Assembly: GCF_000181795.1 (NCBI RefSeq)
Contig: NW_003526944.1
Coordinates: 4,620,479 to 4,684,478, forward strand
Direction: 5' to 3'
DNA length: 64,000 nt
Origin: Trichinella spiralis
Taxonomy: Eukaryota
In this document: positions 38,891-51,357 of the stretch, piece after piece
How positions within the stretch are numbered: position 1 is the first letter of the stretch
Layout of the letters: each line of letters begins with the position of its first letter
Program-made: the position numbers and the translations under genes
The notes under the pieces: generated by a model
Told to the model about the DNA's origin: nothing
What the model saw: only the letters and a program-made list of their open reading frames with translations
The model's database searches: none

Positions 38891-41307
38891 ATAAATTTAT
38901 AAAAAAGAATTAAAATCTAAGAAAGAATAATTAAAAAAAAACTACATCTCAGTTGATTACTATGAGTGAAACGACATCCATATTGCGAGTGAATTAAACT
39001 TTCAATTTGCAACTATTTCAATATCAACACCAACTTTGTGCGAACTATTTGAGAAGGTTTCTAAAAAAAGTACAATTAATAAAGCTGAAAAGTTAATGTG
39101 TAAACGTAAAAATTTAAAAATTTTTCGTCTTCATCATCGTTGCGCAATGTGAAAACAGACGATAACTTGAAACTGTATAAATTTAAAAAGATTATCAAGT
39201 ATAATTAAAAGAAATTATTTATTATTATTATTATTAATATTGACAAAATATTGCCAGTAATTTCTTTTCAACGTATTCACTTTATTACTTTCAAACAATT
39301 CGATTACAACAGATAAAAAATACTTATTGCGGTACAGTTTACGTTGCGTCAATTTTTACCGTATGCAAAACTGCAAAAATTGAAAAACTGAATTTTACAT
39401 CTACACTTAAGTTTCCAATGATAAAATATTTGTACTATTGTCCAATTTAAAGTGTTTAATAATTGAATTGTTCGATTCCAATTTATTTGACGTATTTTCA
39501 ACTTGGAACTGAAATTTCGGTTGTAAAAATATGTAAAAATATTGGCTGAAAATATTTCAAAACGTTAATAGCCCAAGGAAAAATTGATTGCGAAGAACAA
39601 TCGTCGTTTAGATATTTAGATAATGCAGATTACGATGTGATTAAAGAGATTAAGAGCTCGCCCATTATTGCATAAAACAGTGCTTGTTGATTCTGAACGG
39701 TCGAATTGGAACGTGGATAAAGAAAAATACAAATGAAACCGTTTAAATTTTTTTGACAATTACTTATAAATTTACCCTTCGGGAGACGTAATTTCAACTT
39801 TGTCTTAAAGCGTGAATTTGAAATGCTTGGTGTTATCGTGACGTGTGATTTCTGTTGCAATTCGTCTGCGTGCCAACTAGTGTAAGTGAAAATTTTCTGT
39901 AGAATATGCGAGTGGCAAAAAATTAGACGATTATTCTCACATCCAATTTTCCCTTTGTACTTTATGCAAAATTAATTTGATAATTTTCATTGTCAGTATT
40001 AGCATAATTGATCAAATTTAGCTTCCCGCAGTAGGCGATCCCATCCGTAGGATTGTTGCTCTTCGTTTACGACGACAAAAGTTACTATTGTTGAAAAATG
40101 GATTTTTTACAGCATGTTGAAAAAAAATTTTGTATGCAATTTAATAATATTAAAATACATGCCAAAAATTTTCCAGTTAATTTTTCACTATTCCACTTTT
40201 GTTTTCCATTCGCGAAACGACAAGGTTGATTTCATTGTTTTGAAAACAATTTACAACGTTCTTCAGCGGACATAAATTGCAATTTTTCATTTGAAATTGC
40301 TCAGTTGAAATAATAACTACAATTTCAAATAGAAACAATTAACAAATTTCAAAAACAATCAGTGGAAAAAATGGTAGTAAAAAATCGCCCTGATCAAGTA
40401 ACGGGAATCTAATTAAAGAAATCAATATTTTTTTTATTCTTTTTTGTTTTTTGAACTGCCTTTTGTTTTTATTTTATTATTATTATTATTGTTCATTCGC
40501 AACTGTAATGAAATTTGATATTTAAATGAAAGGAACCGACAAACTCCCGAACATACTAAATATAGATAGTCGTATTTATATTGAGAAAGATATATTATAC
40601 TATTTTTGCACTACAGATGACTAAACTATAAACGAAGAACTATAAAAAGCACTAAATATTAATTTAAACAAAATTTTGAAAATTTTCATTAAACAGTGAC
40701 TCAATATCGAAAGTTTCTAGGAAGAATTAATGTTAAATTTTAAATGGTAAAAAAATTTTTCAATTAAATAATTTATTTTATTTTACAATGCATTCGTCAA
40801 AAAATAAAATAGTTTGCTTGAGACAGGCAGTCACATTTGTGCGTTAATTAATTGTGAAGTGATAATTATATTAATTTATTGATCTAAGAAGAAATGTTTA
40901 CAAACAACCACATCAATTTTTGTTTAAAAATAATTAATAAAATTTATGATCAATTGGCAATAGAGCATAAACCTGATTACTTAATTACGGTATTGCGATT
41001 GGTCGCGTTGAACAGTTTTAAAAAGTCATCTCATAAAGTAAATAATTGTTTATTTATTTTAGAAGGATCAAGTAATTTAAATTTTACCAGTGAAGATACT
41101 TTCTTTTTGTGAGTGTCATCAGCAAACTTTTGTTCAAACTGGTATGTTTATAAATTTTAATGATTTTTTAAAATAAATTCTGCTGTTCATGTATTCTTTT
41201 ATTCTGAATATAAAATTTTTTGATTTTTTAAAATATTTTTTATTCAACTGTCAGGTAAGTTTTGGTAAATATTTGATTGTTCATTTTTGTAATTTCCGGT
41301 TTTCAGA

Positions 41308-43827
41308 ATGGGCGTCAATTTGAATTTCGTGATATTTCTTGCGGCGGTTGTTTTTGTTAACTGCGGGAATGATTTTGATTTTAACCTGCCTACGCAACAT
41401 GTGAAATATTTTTTATTTCGACGCCCAGACATTGCAGAAAAGTGCCGTGCTGATAAAAATTGCCCCTATAATGTAAGAAATTTGTTTTGTATAACAACAG
41501 TCTGAATAATTAAAAAGTTATCATTAAACGTTATAAACTTAAATTTAAGTATTTTTTAATATGCATATAATTAAATTATTGTTGTATAAAAAGTAGGTCA
41601 ATAAATAAATTTACAGTGAAGTTAAAATTAAAAAAAAAGAGAGAATGCTTTATTGATGCTTCAGTTGCATAGAATGATAATGTGAAAATAGTTGACGAAT
41701 TTTTTTCAGTTGATGGCTCAACATTTGGATGAATGCTGGGGATATGAACCAAACTGTAACTTTGGTAAACGCAGTTATAGTCGGAAAACAATAAAATGTT
41801 CCAAAAAAGCCCCAGACATTGAGTGAATTTTTGAAATATTTTGAGATTGTGATGAAAAATATGTATTAATAATTTTCATTTAGAAAAAGTCGTAATGCGT
41901 TTTATTATAATGCTGATTTTGGCCTAATCAAGAAACATAATGCAAGCTTGGTTGAACTTTGCTCCCCTGTTAATCTAGTATAGCATTTTAATTTGCATAT
42001 TATAGTGTATCGTTTTTTTTATTTCGAACTTTAGGGTGATACTTCGTTACGTTGCAGTGAAAGTTTTGAATATTGCTACGCGAAGAATATATTTTTTAAC
42101 TTTAATAATTTGAAACATGATATAAACGGCAAAAAGTATGTTTGTTATTTTCTTATTTATAATTTGTTCGTGTTAAGCAGCAGATAATTAAATAAATTAA
42201 TAGATATCGGAGTGATATTATTGGAAAAGGAGATGTAGGTGGTCGGTGTAAATTTCATGAACGAAAATTTAAAAATCTAGCTCTGGATGCATATGATGGT
42301 TATTTGCAAAGTTGGTGAGAATAAATGTTGCGCAATCTTTTTCATTTTCGTTTATTTTCATGCAGATTTGGTATTTTTAGGGCAGCCGAGATGAAATATT
42401 TTCAGCGATTCCCCAGCTTTCAATTGAACGGCAACTATTGTGATGTCATTTTCGATCAACCGACAATTGTCATAAAGCTTGACGCTGGTATGTAGGATGG
42501 TATTTTTTTTGTATTGTAATTGAATTATTAATATTTTTCTTTTTTTTGAAGGAATAAACATGTACCATCATTTCTGCGATTTTATAAATTTATATCTTTC
42601 GCAGCATTTGAATGGCTCATTTCATCAAGATGTGGATATTATTCTTTGGGATACGGTAAAAGTTGTTGTATAAAATTTTATTTTTATTTAAGTTTTTTTG
42701 TATTATTTAGGATGCATCTCCTTATTTTGATATCTTCAGAGAAACGTGGCTGGCGTTTACAACGAAACCGTTGATTGATCTTCAAGATTTTGATGGAAAA
42801 AGAGTTTGATTAATTGTTTTTTGAAATAAATATGATTTTATTCAATTCGCTTCAGGTTTGTTTCCGTGAAGTGATGTTTCCCGTTTTAGCACGTAAAGTT
42901 TTCGGTTTGTATTACAATATGCCAATGGTAAGTTGTGCTTTTTATCTTTTTGTAATACTTTGGTTGTGATTGTTCAGCCAGATTATTGTCGAGCCAGTGG
43001 GTTGGTCCAAGCGTTTAGCCATCATCTGATCCATCGACTTCAGCTAAAGCAGAATGGACCTTTAAGGGAAAAGTTAAGAGTGACTTATTTGGTTCGAAGT
43101 TCTCAATATCGAATAATTATGAACACCAATGAAGTATTTGATCATTTTTTTGGAAAAGATTTATTTTAGTAAAAAAAATATATAATTTTCCAATTTTAAG
43201 ATAGTGAAGCGTTTGAAAGCGGATCCGCAGTTCAGTGTTACCGTTGCTAAATATACCTTGTTCGTCAACATTGCATGTATTTAAAATTAGCATTTATTCA
43301 AATAGAAATTTTCTTTTCCAGGGATATTCCTGTTCTAGAGCAGTATCAAATGTCGCACAATACGGACATTTTCATGTCCATCCATGGAGCAGGATTGACT
43401 CATATGTTCTTTTTACCTGATTGGGCTGTTGTTTTTGAACTGTAAACTTGATACAATGTATTTGAAAAGCCAAAAACAAAAGCTGCTTTTTTTGTTTTGT
43501 TTTTCAGTTATCATTGCGGTGATCCGGAATGTTATCGTGATTTGGCAACGTTGCGAGGTTTGAAATTTTTTGGATGGGAAGACGAAACAAAAGTGCAATA
43601 TCAAGAAAAAGTGATTTTATTATTTTTTTCATTTTTTTTGCTCTCATTCATATATAAAGTTGAATTTAAATTTATAGGATGTGAAAAATCCAAAGTTTAC
43701 CAATTTTTACCTTGATGCAGACGAAGTGATGCGCATTGTTCATTTGGCAGCGGAGTATGTCTGGTCGAATAAACAGTTCCGTCAAGCTCATGCTCGTCTT
43801 CATTCAAAGCCAAAGCGTGAACTATGA
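41308..43827 (+). CDS. EOGT: EGF-domain-specific O-GlcNAc transferase (GT61)
   Basis: Signal peptide; [18 protein letters not shown] and HGAGLTH motifs; C-terminal KREL ER-retention-like signal; many short introns. Confidence 0.92.
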
Positions 43828-44056
43828 TCAGTGATTGTTAATTATTTGTTGTTCTTATTCCATGCTTTAAAAGCTGCTTAATTTTAATGCCGGGTTATCT
43901 TCTAAGTCATGGAAGAAATGAGTGAAAATTTACTTTGTTTTAAAAAAATTAGCTGCATATTTATGATATTGGTTTTTTTAAAGAATTCCACATTATTTGA
44001 TTCTATTCAAATATTTATAACATGCTTGGATTGTTTGGCAGTTTCAGCAGTTATTT

Positions 44057-44542
44057 ATGGCACAAAGACCGGGTATTTTCAGAACACTGTGGGAGAATTT
44101 TTGGAAATCATTCGAAAGTAAGCCCAAAACTATCATAGGCAAAGATCATTTGGGCAATATTTACTACGTGCACGACCATACTGATCGTACAGTAAAAAGG
44201 TAAATCAAATTATAAATCTGAGGATATTTTATTTTTTTTTAATATTACAGAGGTTACATCCCGGCAGATAGAAACAACTGGAACAACATACCGGTAGAAT
44301 GGCGTGCATGGCTTACTGGTCGAAGGACCGATCCGCCGACAGAGTTGGAAGTTTTATCGAACATAAAGCGTACAAACGAGACTGTTCAACGTTTTTCACG
44401 CAATGAAACACAGGACGTGAAATTGGATTCGGAAAAGAAGATGCACATCGCATCAGGGAAAAGGCCATACCCAAAGCTGAAAGATTTAGAGCAAAGTGTT
44501 CAATCTCGAAAATGTATACCTGGGTATGAAAATAAGCGGTGA
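44057..44542 (+). CDS. NDUFA12/NDUFAF2 (mimitin-like) complex I family protein (exons 44057-44199, 44251-44542)
   Basis: IGKDHLGNIYY...IPVEWRAWLTGRRTDPPT matches the family pattern G.D..GN.YY...P.EW..WL...R..PP. Confidence 0.85.
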
Positions 44543-44704
44543 AAATGTCGAAATGTCATTCTTACAGTAAAAAAATATTATTCTTTGTAATTTCTTTACA
44601 AAGTGACACTGATGCTGTAGACATGCATCACTATGAGTTTCTTTTTTTCTATTCTTTCTTCTTCTTCTTTTTTTATAATTCATATCTTCTGATTGCATGG
44701 GAAG

Positions 44705-45997
44705 ATGCAACAACTGCGCATGGTATTGGTTCGTTGTTTCGCTACAAGACCGATATCACGATTTTACAAATCGGTGGATGTGATGCCTGTCGATTTGAAT
44801 CGTTTTTCAATTCGTCTTGACCAACGCCCTTTGAAAACACCCAAAGGTCGAATTTTGACGGTCGATTCAGAACCTCTGGCATTGTGCATCGCCGTAGAAT
44901 GGTCATCTCAGCGTGCGAATGTCGACTTGGCTCGCATGCATCTAACGACACTCTGCTTCACAGCCATCGACAATCCCAATCAACTGACCAATGGACAAGT
45001 TGTGGACGATCTGTTGAAGCATTTGGAATCGGACACGATTTTCTTCATCAACGATCAGCTTCCTGAACTTGGACAGATGCAAAGAGACAAATGGGGTCCA
45101 ATTATTCAATGGGCTACGGTAAGTAATGCGTTTTACTTGCGTTTCGTCGCTCAGCACTAGTATTGCACCGTTTCATTCACCACCTCTTTAACCAATTTTC
45201 ATTTTCATTCTGTCTCTCTCCTTCTCTCTTCCTCTCTCTTTATCTCACTCTTTTTCCTCTCTAAACATGTACAATTGTTAAATTTGTTTATTCTTTCGGA
45301 AAAATAGTGCAGTAGCATATTTAAATTATACATTATATTGCATTAATTATTATTTGTATTCATGGAAAATTTACTGCATATAAGTAAGAGATGTGCAGTT
45401 TAAGAGATGTTTTCGAATGTTATACTTTAAAGCAGTTGTTTATAAAATTATTCTTCAAATGGAAACTTTTGAACTTAAAGCATATTACAACTTTACAGTG
45501 CTATTTTTATGCATTTTCTTGATTACTGGTAAATATAAAATGTATGTAAATAACCTATTGGTTGTACTGTATAAGGTGCTTAAAAAAGTGGAAAGCTTTG
45601 TGTTACTTTTGTTCTTACTTTTTCCCGTAAGTTGTTGCTGTTGTATTTTAAGCATCGATTTGGTGTATCATTGGCAACACCATCGGTGACCATGTTCCCA
45701 CCAACGCTCGCGGCAAACAGCGTTGCTACGATGCGTCAGTATTTTCTCAGTCGAAATTGGTGTTGGCTTTTGGGATGCAAATTTGCCGTCGACTCGTTGA
45801 ACAGCGTACTTTTGACACTGGCAGCCTGTGAACATCGGCTCGACGTTACCGAAGCGGTCGATTTGGCCACGTTGGAAAGGCAATTTCAAACAAACCGTTG
45901 GGGTCGAATTGAATGGGCCCACGATTTGGAAGAGCAGGAGTTGAGGTGTCGCGTGTCGGCTGGCTTGCTATTTGCCAAATTTGCCTGTTTAGAATGA
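44705..45997 (+). CDS. ATPAF2: Mitochondrial F1-ATPase assembly factor ATP12 (exons 44705-45118, 45653-45997)
   Basis: RFYKSVDV, LDQRPLKTP, ALCIAVEWSSQ, MHLTTLCFTAID, LERQFQTNRWGRIEWAHD; mitochondrial-presequence-like N-terminus. Confidence 0.93.
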
Positions 45998-46513
45998 GAA
46001 CAAAATACAAACGCAACAATCATCGAATATTCGATTGCCAAGCTCAGGATAATTTTTATTCCTTATTATTATTATTATTATTATTATTGTCATCTTCGTC
46101 ATAAATTTGACTTTTTTTTGTTCTTGATCTATGCATGCATGCATGTATGTATTGTTTTGAAGCACTTACACGCACAAAACCACACAGAGACGTACAGACA
46201 CGCACACGCACAGAAACTCAGTTGGAAGAAGTGGCGCCATTTTTGATCGAATTAAGGAATGGCACGTTGGATTTCTCTTAGCTCGTTTTGTTTTTGTTTT
46301 GTAAAGGCTTATGTTGACCCGCTGACCACCGTGACAGGAAAGAGGAAGAAAGTGACGACCAGAAAAGAAGAAGAAGCAGAAGAACAAGAAGAAGAAGATG
46401 ATGATGATGAAGAGGAGGAGGAAGAGGACAAAGCACACACAGATACAGACACACACAGACACACAGACACTACGTATGCTTGACCAATCAATCACCTATA
46501 AAGTTGCACGCGA

Positions 46514-47248
46514 TCAATGATGCGTGTTGTAAAGAAGCATGCGCAGCTTTTCCAATTCGCCACGAAGCATGGACAGTTCGGTACGCAGTTGTAAATTTTC
46601 TTGTTCCAAATAGACGACACGCAGTGCAATTTGTTCCTCTTTCATGCGTCTGGATTCACGGGAACGTCTGGCCGATTCGTTGTTCCGCTTCCTACGTTCC
46701 CAGTAATTGTTGTCTTTCATATGTTCCGGCACAGGTTCGGCTTTTTTCTTCGGCGTCGTGGGCGTGGTGCTGTGGGCCGGAAACGACAGCGCCACCGGAC
46801 CTCCGCCCCCGCCACCGCCATTGGTGATGGTGGTGGTGGCCAGGACTGTCGTCGACGGCTGACTGAATACCGTCGGCATTTGGACAGTATACGACGAAGG
46901 TGTGGCCGGCATGGTCGGCCCCACCCCGGTCGGCGCTGTGGTCGAAACCACGTTGCCGGTGGTCGTGGGCCCGCCACTACCGTTGACCAGAGACCCGCCG
47001 CGCCCGTTCGCCGCCCCACCCTGTTGCGCCGCTGCGGCCGCCGCCAACGCGCTCGCCTGAGTGTAAGCTGCGTACATGCTTGTCGGATTCGAAGGGTCGA
47101 AGCCAGCCGCGGACGGCCAGTACAAGCTGGACATGGCCATGTTGGCAGCGTAATTTTTCAAAGCTTTGTTCGGATCAAAACTGCCGGTCGAATGGTTACC
47201 ATTCGACGGCTGTTGTTGTTGCTGTTGCTGTTGTTCAACTGTTGTCAT
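46514..47248 (-). CDS. PAR-family bZIP transcription factor (CES-2/TEF/Pdp1/giant-like)
   Basis: PVPEHMKDNNYWERRKRNNESARRSRESRR basic region plus leucine zipper; Q/A/G/T-rich N-terminus; an upstream exon is possible. Confidence 0.9.
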   Translation of the reverse strand: MTTVEQQQQQQQQPSNGNHSTGSFDPNKALKNYAANMAMSSLYWPSAAGFDPSNPTSMYAAYTQASALAAAAAAQQGGAANGRGGSLVNGSGGPTTTGNVVSTTAPTGVGPTMPATPSSYTVQMPTVFSQPSTTVLATTTITNGGGGGGGPVALSFPAHSTTPTTPKKKAEPVPEHMKDNNYWERRKRNNESARRSRESRRMKEEQIALRVVYLEQENLQLRTELSMLRGELEKLRMLLYNTHH

Positions 47249-50200
47249 CCTGCGCCAAGTTTCTGAATCTGGTCGTCCGTGATTTATCTTATCCTGAACT
47301 TACACAACGCTAAAAGAAAGGGAAAAAAACACACACACACACGTGTTGTTTATACAAAAGGTAAGTTCACTTACACAACTGTGAACGCGATCTGTGTTTG
47401 TCAGCGCATGAATTTTTTCTCCTTAAAAACAGCGCCTGCTTGCAGGGACCATAATTCAATTATTTGTGCATCTTATTTTTCTAAACTCGCGCCTATTGAC
47501 GAATTATTATGCAAATGGTTATCTGTATTGCAATTTACAGATTCTGTTGTAAAGCTCGACTTGCACCAACAAATGAACAATAATAATAATAATCATAATC
47601 ATAATCATAACCGGTAGTAAATAAGGTAAGCTTGTGTTGAACAACAAACGCGACGAATGATAGATGATTCACTGGATTTTTGATGCTTGATTAATGTGAT
47701 AAATGTTCTTTTAACCAGAAAAATAAGAAATCTTCATTTGGAAAAATTTTCCACTCTGAACAACAACTATGAATAGAATGTGCATGGTGTGAATAAATTT
47801 CTACTTAGCAGTATCATGTTCGGTGTGAAGATGGGCAAGTTTGATCAATTTGATCAGAAAGAGAGAGGTTGGAATGGAATGAATTTCCGATAACAACTGA
47901 GCGTGACTCTCGAAAGCGAAATTATTTAATATGTGGAAGTTGATTACGGTCAACGTTCAGGTAGATGACGCAAGTGGTGTTCTAAAATAGAATTTTTTTC
48001 CATTTTAGAAAAAATGATCAAACGAAAATTATTTTCCAGTTGTGTAGTATACAATCATGCAAATTGTGCATCAATACTTTTTTTCCTTTTATTTAATTCT
48101 GCTTTCTTCAGTTGGATGGGAAAAACTGAACTAATTATCCAAATTATACTCGTTCGCGTTCGTATTGTTTTAGAATAATGTTCATTGGAAAATTGTATCA
48201 TTCTTACAAAGGCAGGTCAGTCATCTTATCTTTTATTTCGGAAAAATTATGAAAAGCATGCAATGCAATGTTGAAAAATAGTGAACAATATGTACTGGGA
48301 TTGCACCACGCAATATTTGCCTATTTGCCTTGGAAATCTACATTCGCTTTTCAATTTTCACACTAAAAGCTAATTAGATCAAAAAGGATTAAGAAAAAAC
48401 AAGAGCTTATAATTGTTGGCTTGCATACATATGCGAACCTTAGTTTTTGCTCTTTTCAATAATTATCTAATAGTTGATTAATGACCGCTGGTGACCTGTC
48501 TTTGACGGCCACACTGTCTCTCGTCGCCGGAAGTGAAGCGTATGAGCTGCGCAGAGGGAGGTCAGAATCGATTCACAGTTCTTCTAGCCTAACTTTGGGC
48601 AAAGTTATCATCAATTTTTATCTATACAAGTGCATTGTGCATTTATACATATATATGTGTGTGTGTGCAAAAATTGTTACATATCGTGATATTGAAACGA
48701 ATCGCGGAAGCGCCGAACAAGAAATAATATATGCGGAAATAAGCCATGCACAATGTGCACCTGTGTTCAACTTACTTTATATTCTGACGATAGGGGCTCG
48801 GTAATCGGTAAGGTAACTGATTGCGTGAAGCTGACGTGAAGATGTGGGTGCGAGCTGTGCAATAAGCAAGCCGTCTAGCTGGGATGCTTTTCCAATACTG
48901 ACTAACTTTGGATAAGTATGATCGGTCGACCGAGACGGTTGTGGTTATGTCAGCTGAACTTTCGCCCTAGACGACCACCTTGATAAATGCAGTTGCGTAA
49001 TCGTCGACCCTTGACCAAAAAATATACAAGATTCCGAAATGAGAAAACATCGTTGCAATAGCAGAGTTTTGAAACCGACTGCCTGCAAGGACAGTTTTGG
49101 GTTCTAATAAGCAGGTCAGTTAGCAAATGACCTCAGCAAATAGACTGGCTGAAAACTGACCAATAGCGTAGTTTTAGGACGATTGCGTGTTGATGACCCA
49201 GCCGTTGTCTCGACCATTGTCTCGATCCGGTGGGAAATTCTTCATAATCCTCAGCCCACCCTATTGTATATTTTTAACTAGCCCACTTTTAACTGCTAGG
49301 ATTCCCACGACGGGCGTTGCGCAAAGCTTGTCTACGTCTAGCTTCAGACCTAGCATAGCTGGTTAGCTAATTAAGAGGACCACCGCATCCGTCGTTGGAA
49401 CAGTATTTACTGTTCGGCTGTACGATTGCGTAGAGCCGGTGATGTTGCACAAGATGCAGGTGGGCGCCGGCTTGTGGACTGACGTCGATGCTGTAACCAA
49501 CTAATTCACTTCCATCCCATCCTTCTTTCTCCCCCCCCCCCCTATCCCCTCATTACACCTGCTTGGATCGATACGAAATCCAGTTCAACATGTGAAGAGG
49601 TTCCACTTTCAGATCACTAAAATAAAAAAAAATATAAATGAAAAACATTATTTTGCAGACGAATTAAAGAGCATGGGCAGCTGCGTGCTTTTTCTTTTGT
49701 AAATTTACACATCGCTGAGGCTTAACTGCAACTATTCACGTCGAGCTTTCTTCCATTTATCCAGATTCTGAGCAAAGCAATGTCTATCACGTAGTGATGT
49801 GGTCCATTTTTTCCATTTGTACGATATTTTTCACTTTCATATTCATATATTCACATCTGACATAGACATCGTGTACAAAAGAGGAGTCATTAATTAAAAT
49901 CCCATTGAATTGTGGCTTTGCTTGGAAATTAACACCTTTTCTTCTACTGTTTTTACACCTTTACAGTATTCATTTGTTTGCAAGTTCAATTAATATTTGC
50001 TTAATTAGCTTATTGGAAAATTAGCTTCATATTTTTTTACCGACATGCTAAGATTAGTTTGTTTGCATTTTATTATTTGCTTAATTAGCTTACTGCAAAA
50101 TTAGCTTAATATTTTTTCACCGACATGTTGCTTTATTCTGTTTGCTCGTCAAATGTCAGAGGTCAAGTGTTCAGTCAACACTGTAGGTGAAGATTACTTT

Positions 50201-51321
50201 TTTATCACATAATTAAACATATTGCATATATTTATGTTTACATATTAAATAAATAAATACATATATATATTGGATGATTAATATTATAATCCAATTTGTA
50301 TAATCATAATAACACGCAATTGAAAAGAAATATACGCTAAATAGTTTCCAAAAAAATGTTATCTGTTGTCATTAATGATGAATAAAACAACGGCGCAACA
50401 TCGCACAACTTTTATATGACTGTGCTAATTACTCAAGATCTCACACACGTTAATTTTCAATTCAGGCTAATTAAAACATAACATAGTTAAAAAATATGTT
50501 GCATGAATGAAATGGTGGCATATGCTTGCAATTTCCGATACATGTATATATGTATGTGTAGATTTGGTTTTCAGATTTATTTTTCCCATCTTCTTCATGT
50601 TTTGTCTTATTTATGAGGGTCAACAATTTCCTCTTTTTTGATGGAATGTGGACGTGTGGCATTGTAGAAATGTAGAGAAAAACAAATCACGCAATGCTTT
50701 TTTGACGCCTAGTCGAGGCTGTTGCGCTCAGCTGACCGGCCCAAGTGACCCAGACGATGGTTGCGTACTTTCCAGACGACAGCCGTGCAATATAATTTTG
50801 CTTTTCGATGGTGGTTCTTCCACGTGTTGTGCCTGTCCATCATACTGATGCAACGCATCCTGCTTACTGTGCACAGATAGTCTGTCTGGTGCAGTTGTTG
50901 TTAGCGGTGAAATGAGCCCGGCCAGACGGACGGCGCGTGCTTCCCCCTGTTCTCTCTAATCATTTTTCTGCACAACCATCGGCCCCAGCGGTAAAACAGT
51001 TGTGCTTTTCAATTATTTTATTCAAGCGAGAAAAAGCGGAATGAATAATGGCTATTTTTTTGTATATTTTCCACAACAGAAGGTCTTTGGAAAAATAATG
51101 GGAGAAAAGGTGGAAATTTTTCTTTTTTCTTTTTCATTCCACCAGGGTCTTTAGGTCTAAATCGGGGTCGAGTTTCTCTATACGGTGATAGTAAAACCAT
51201 GCTGCTCGCTTTGCCATTCTTTGCTACTGACCAACCAATGCACAATAATATATAATGAAACCAACTAAAATTCTGTTTTTCCATTTTCAAAATTATCAGA
51301 AAATTTTGTTTCTCTTTTATT

Positions 51322-51357
<36 letters not shown>

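Noticed and set aside
46166..46495. Poly-acidic and poly-Ser ORFs
   Set aside because: GAA/GAT/CA microsatellites in the likely 3' UTR of the bZIP gene.
46480..47313. + strand ORFs overlapping the bZIP gene (similar antisense ORFs over the GPCRs and fibulin)
   Set aside because: Antisense or alternative-frame shadows of GC-richer coding exons.
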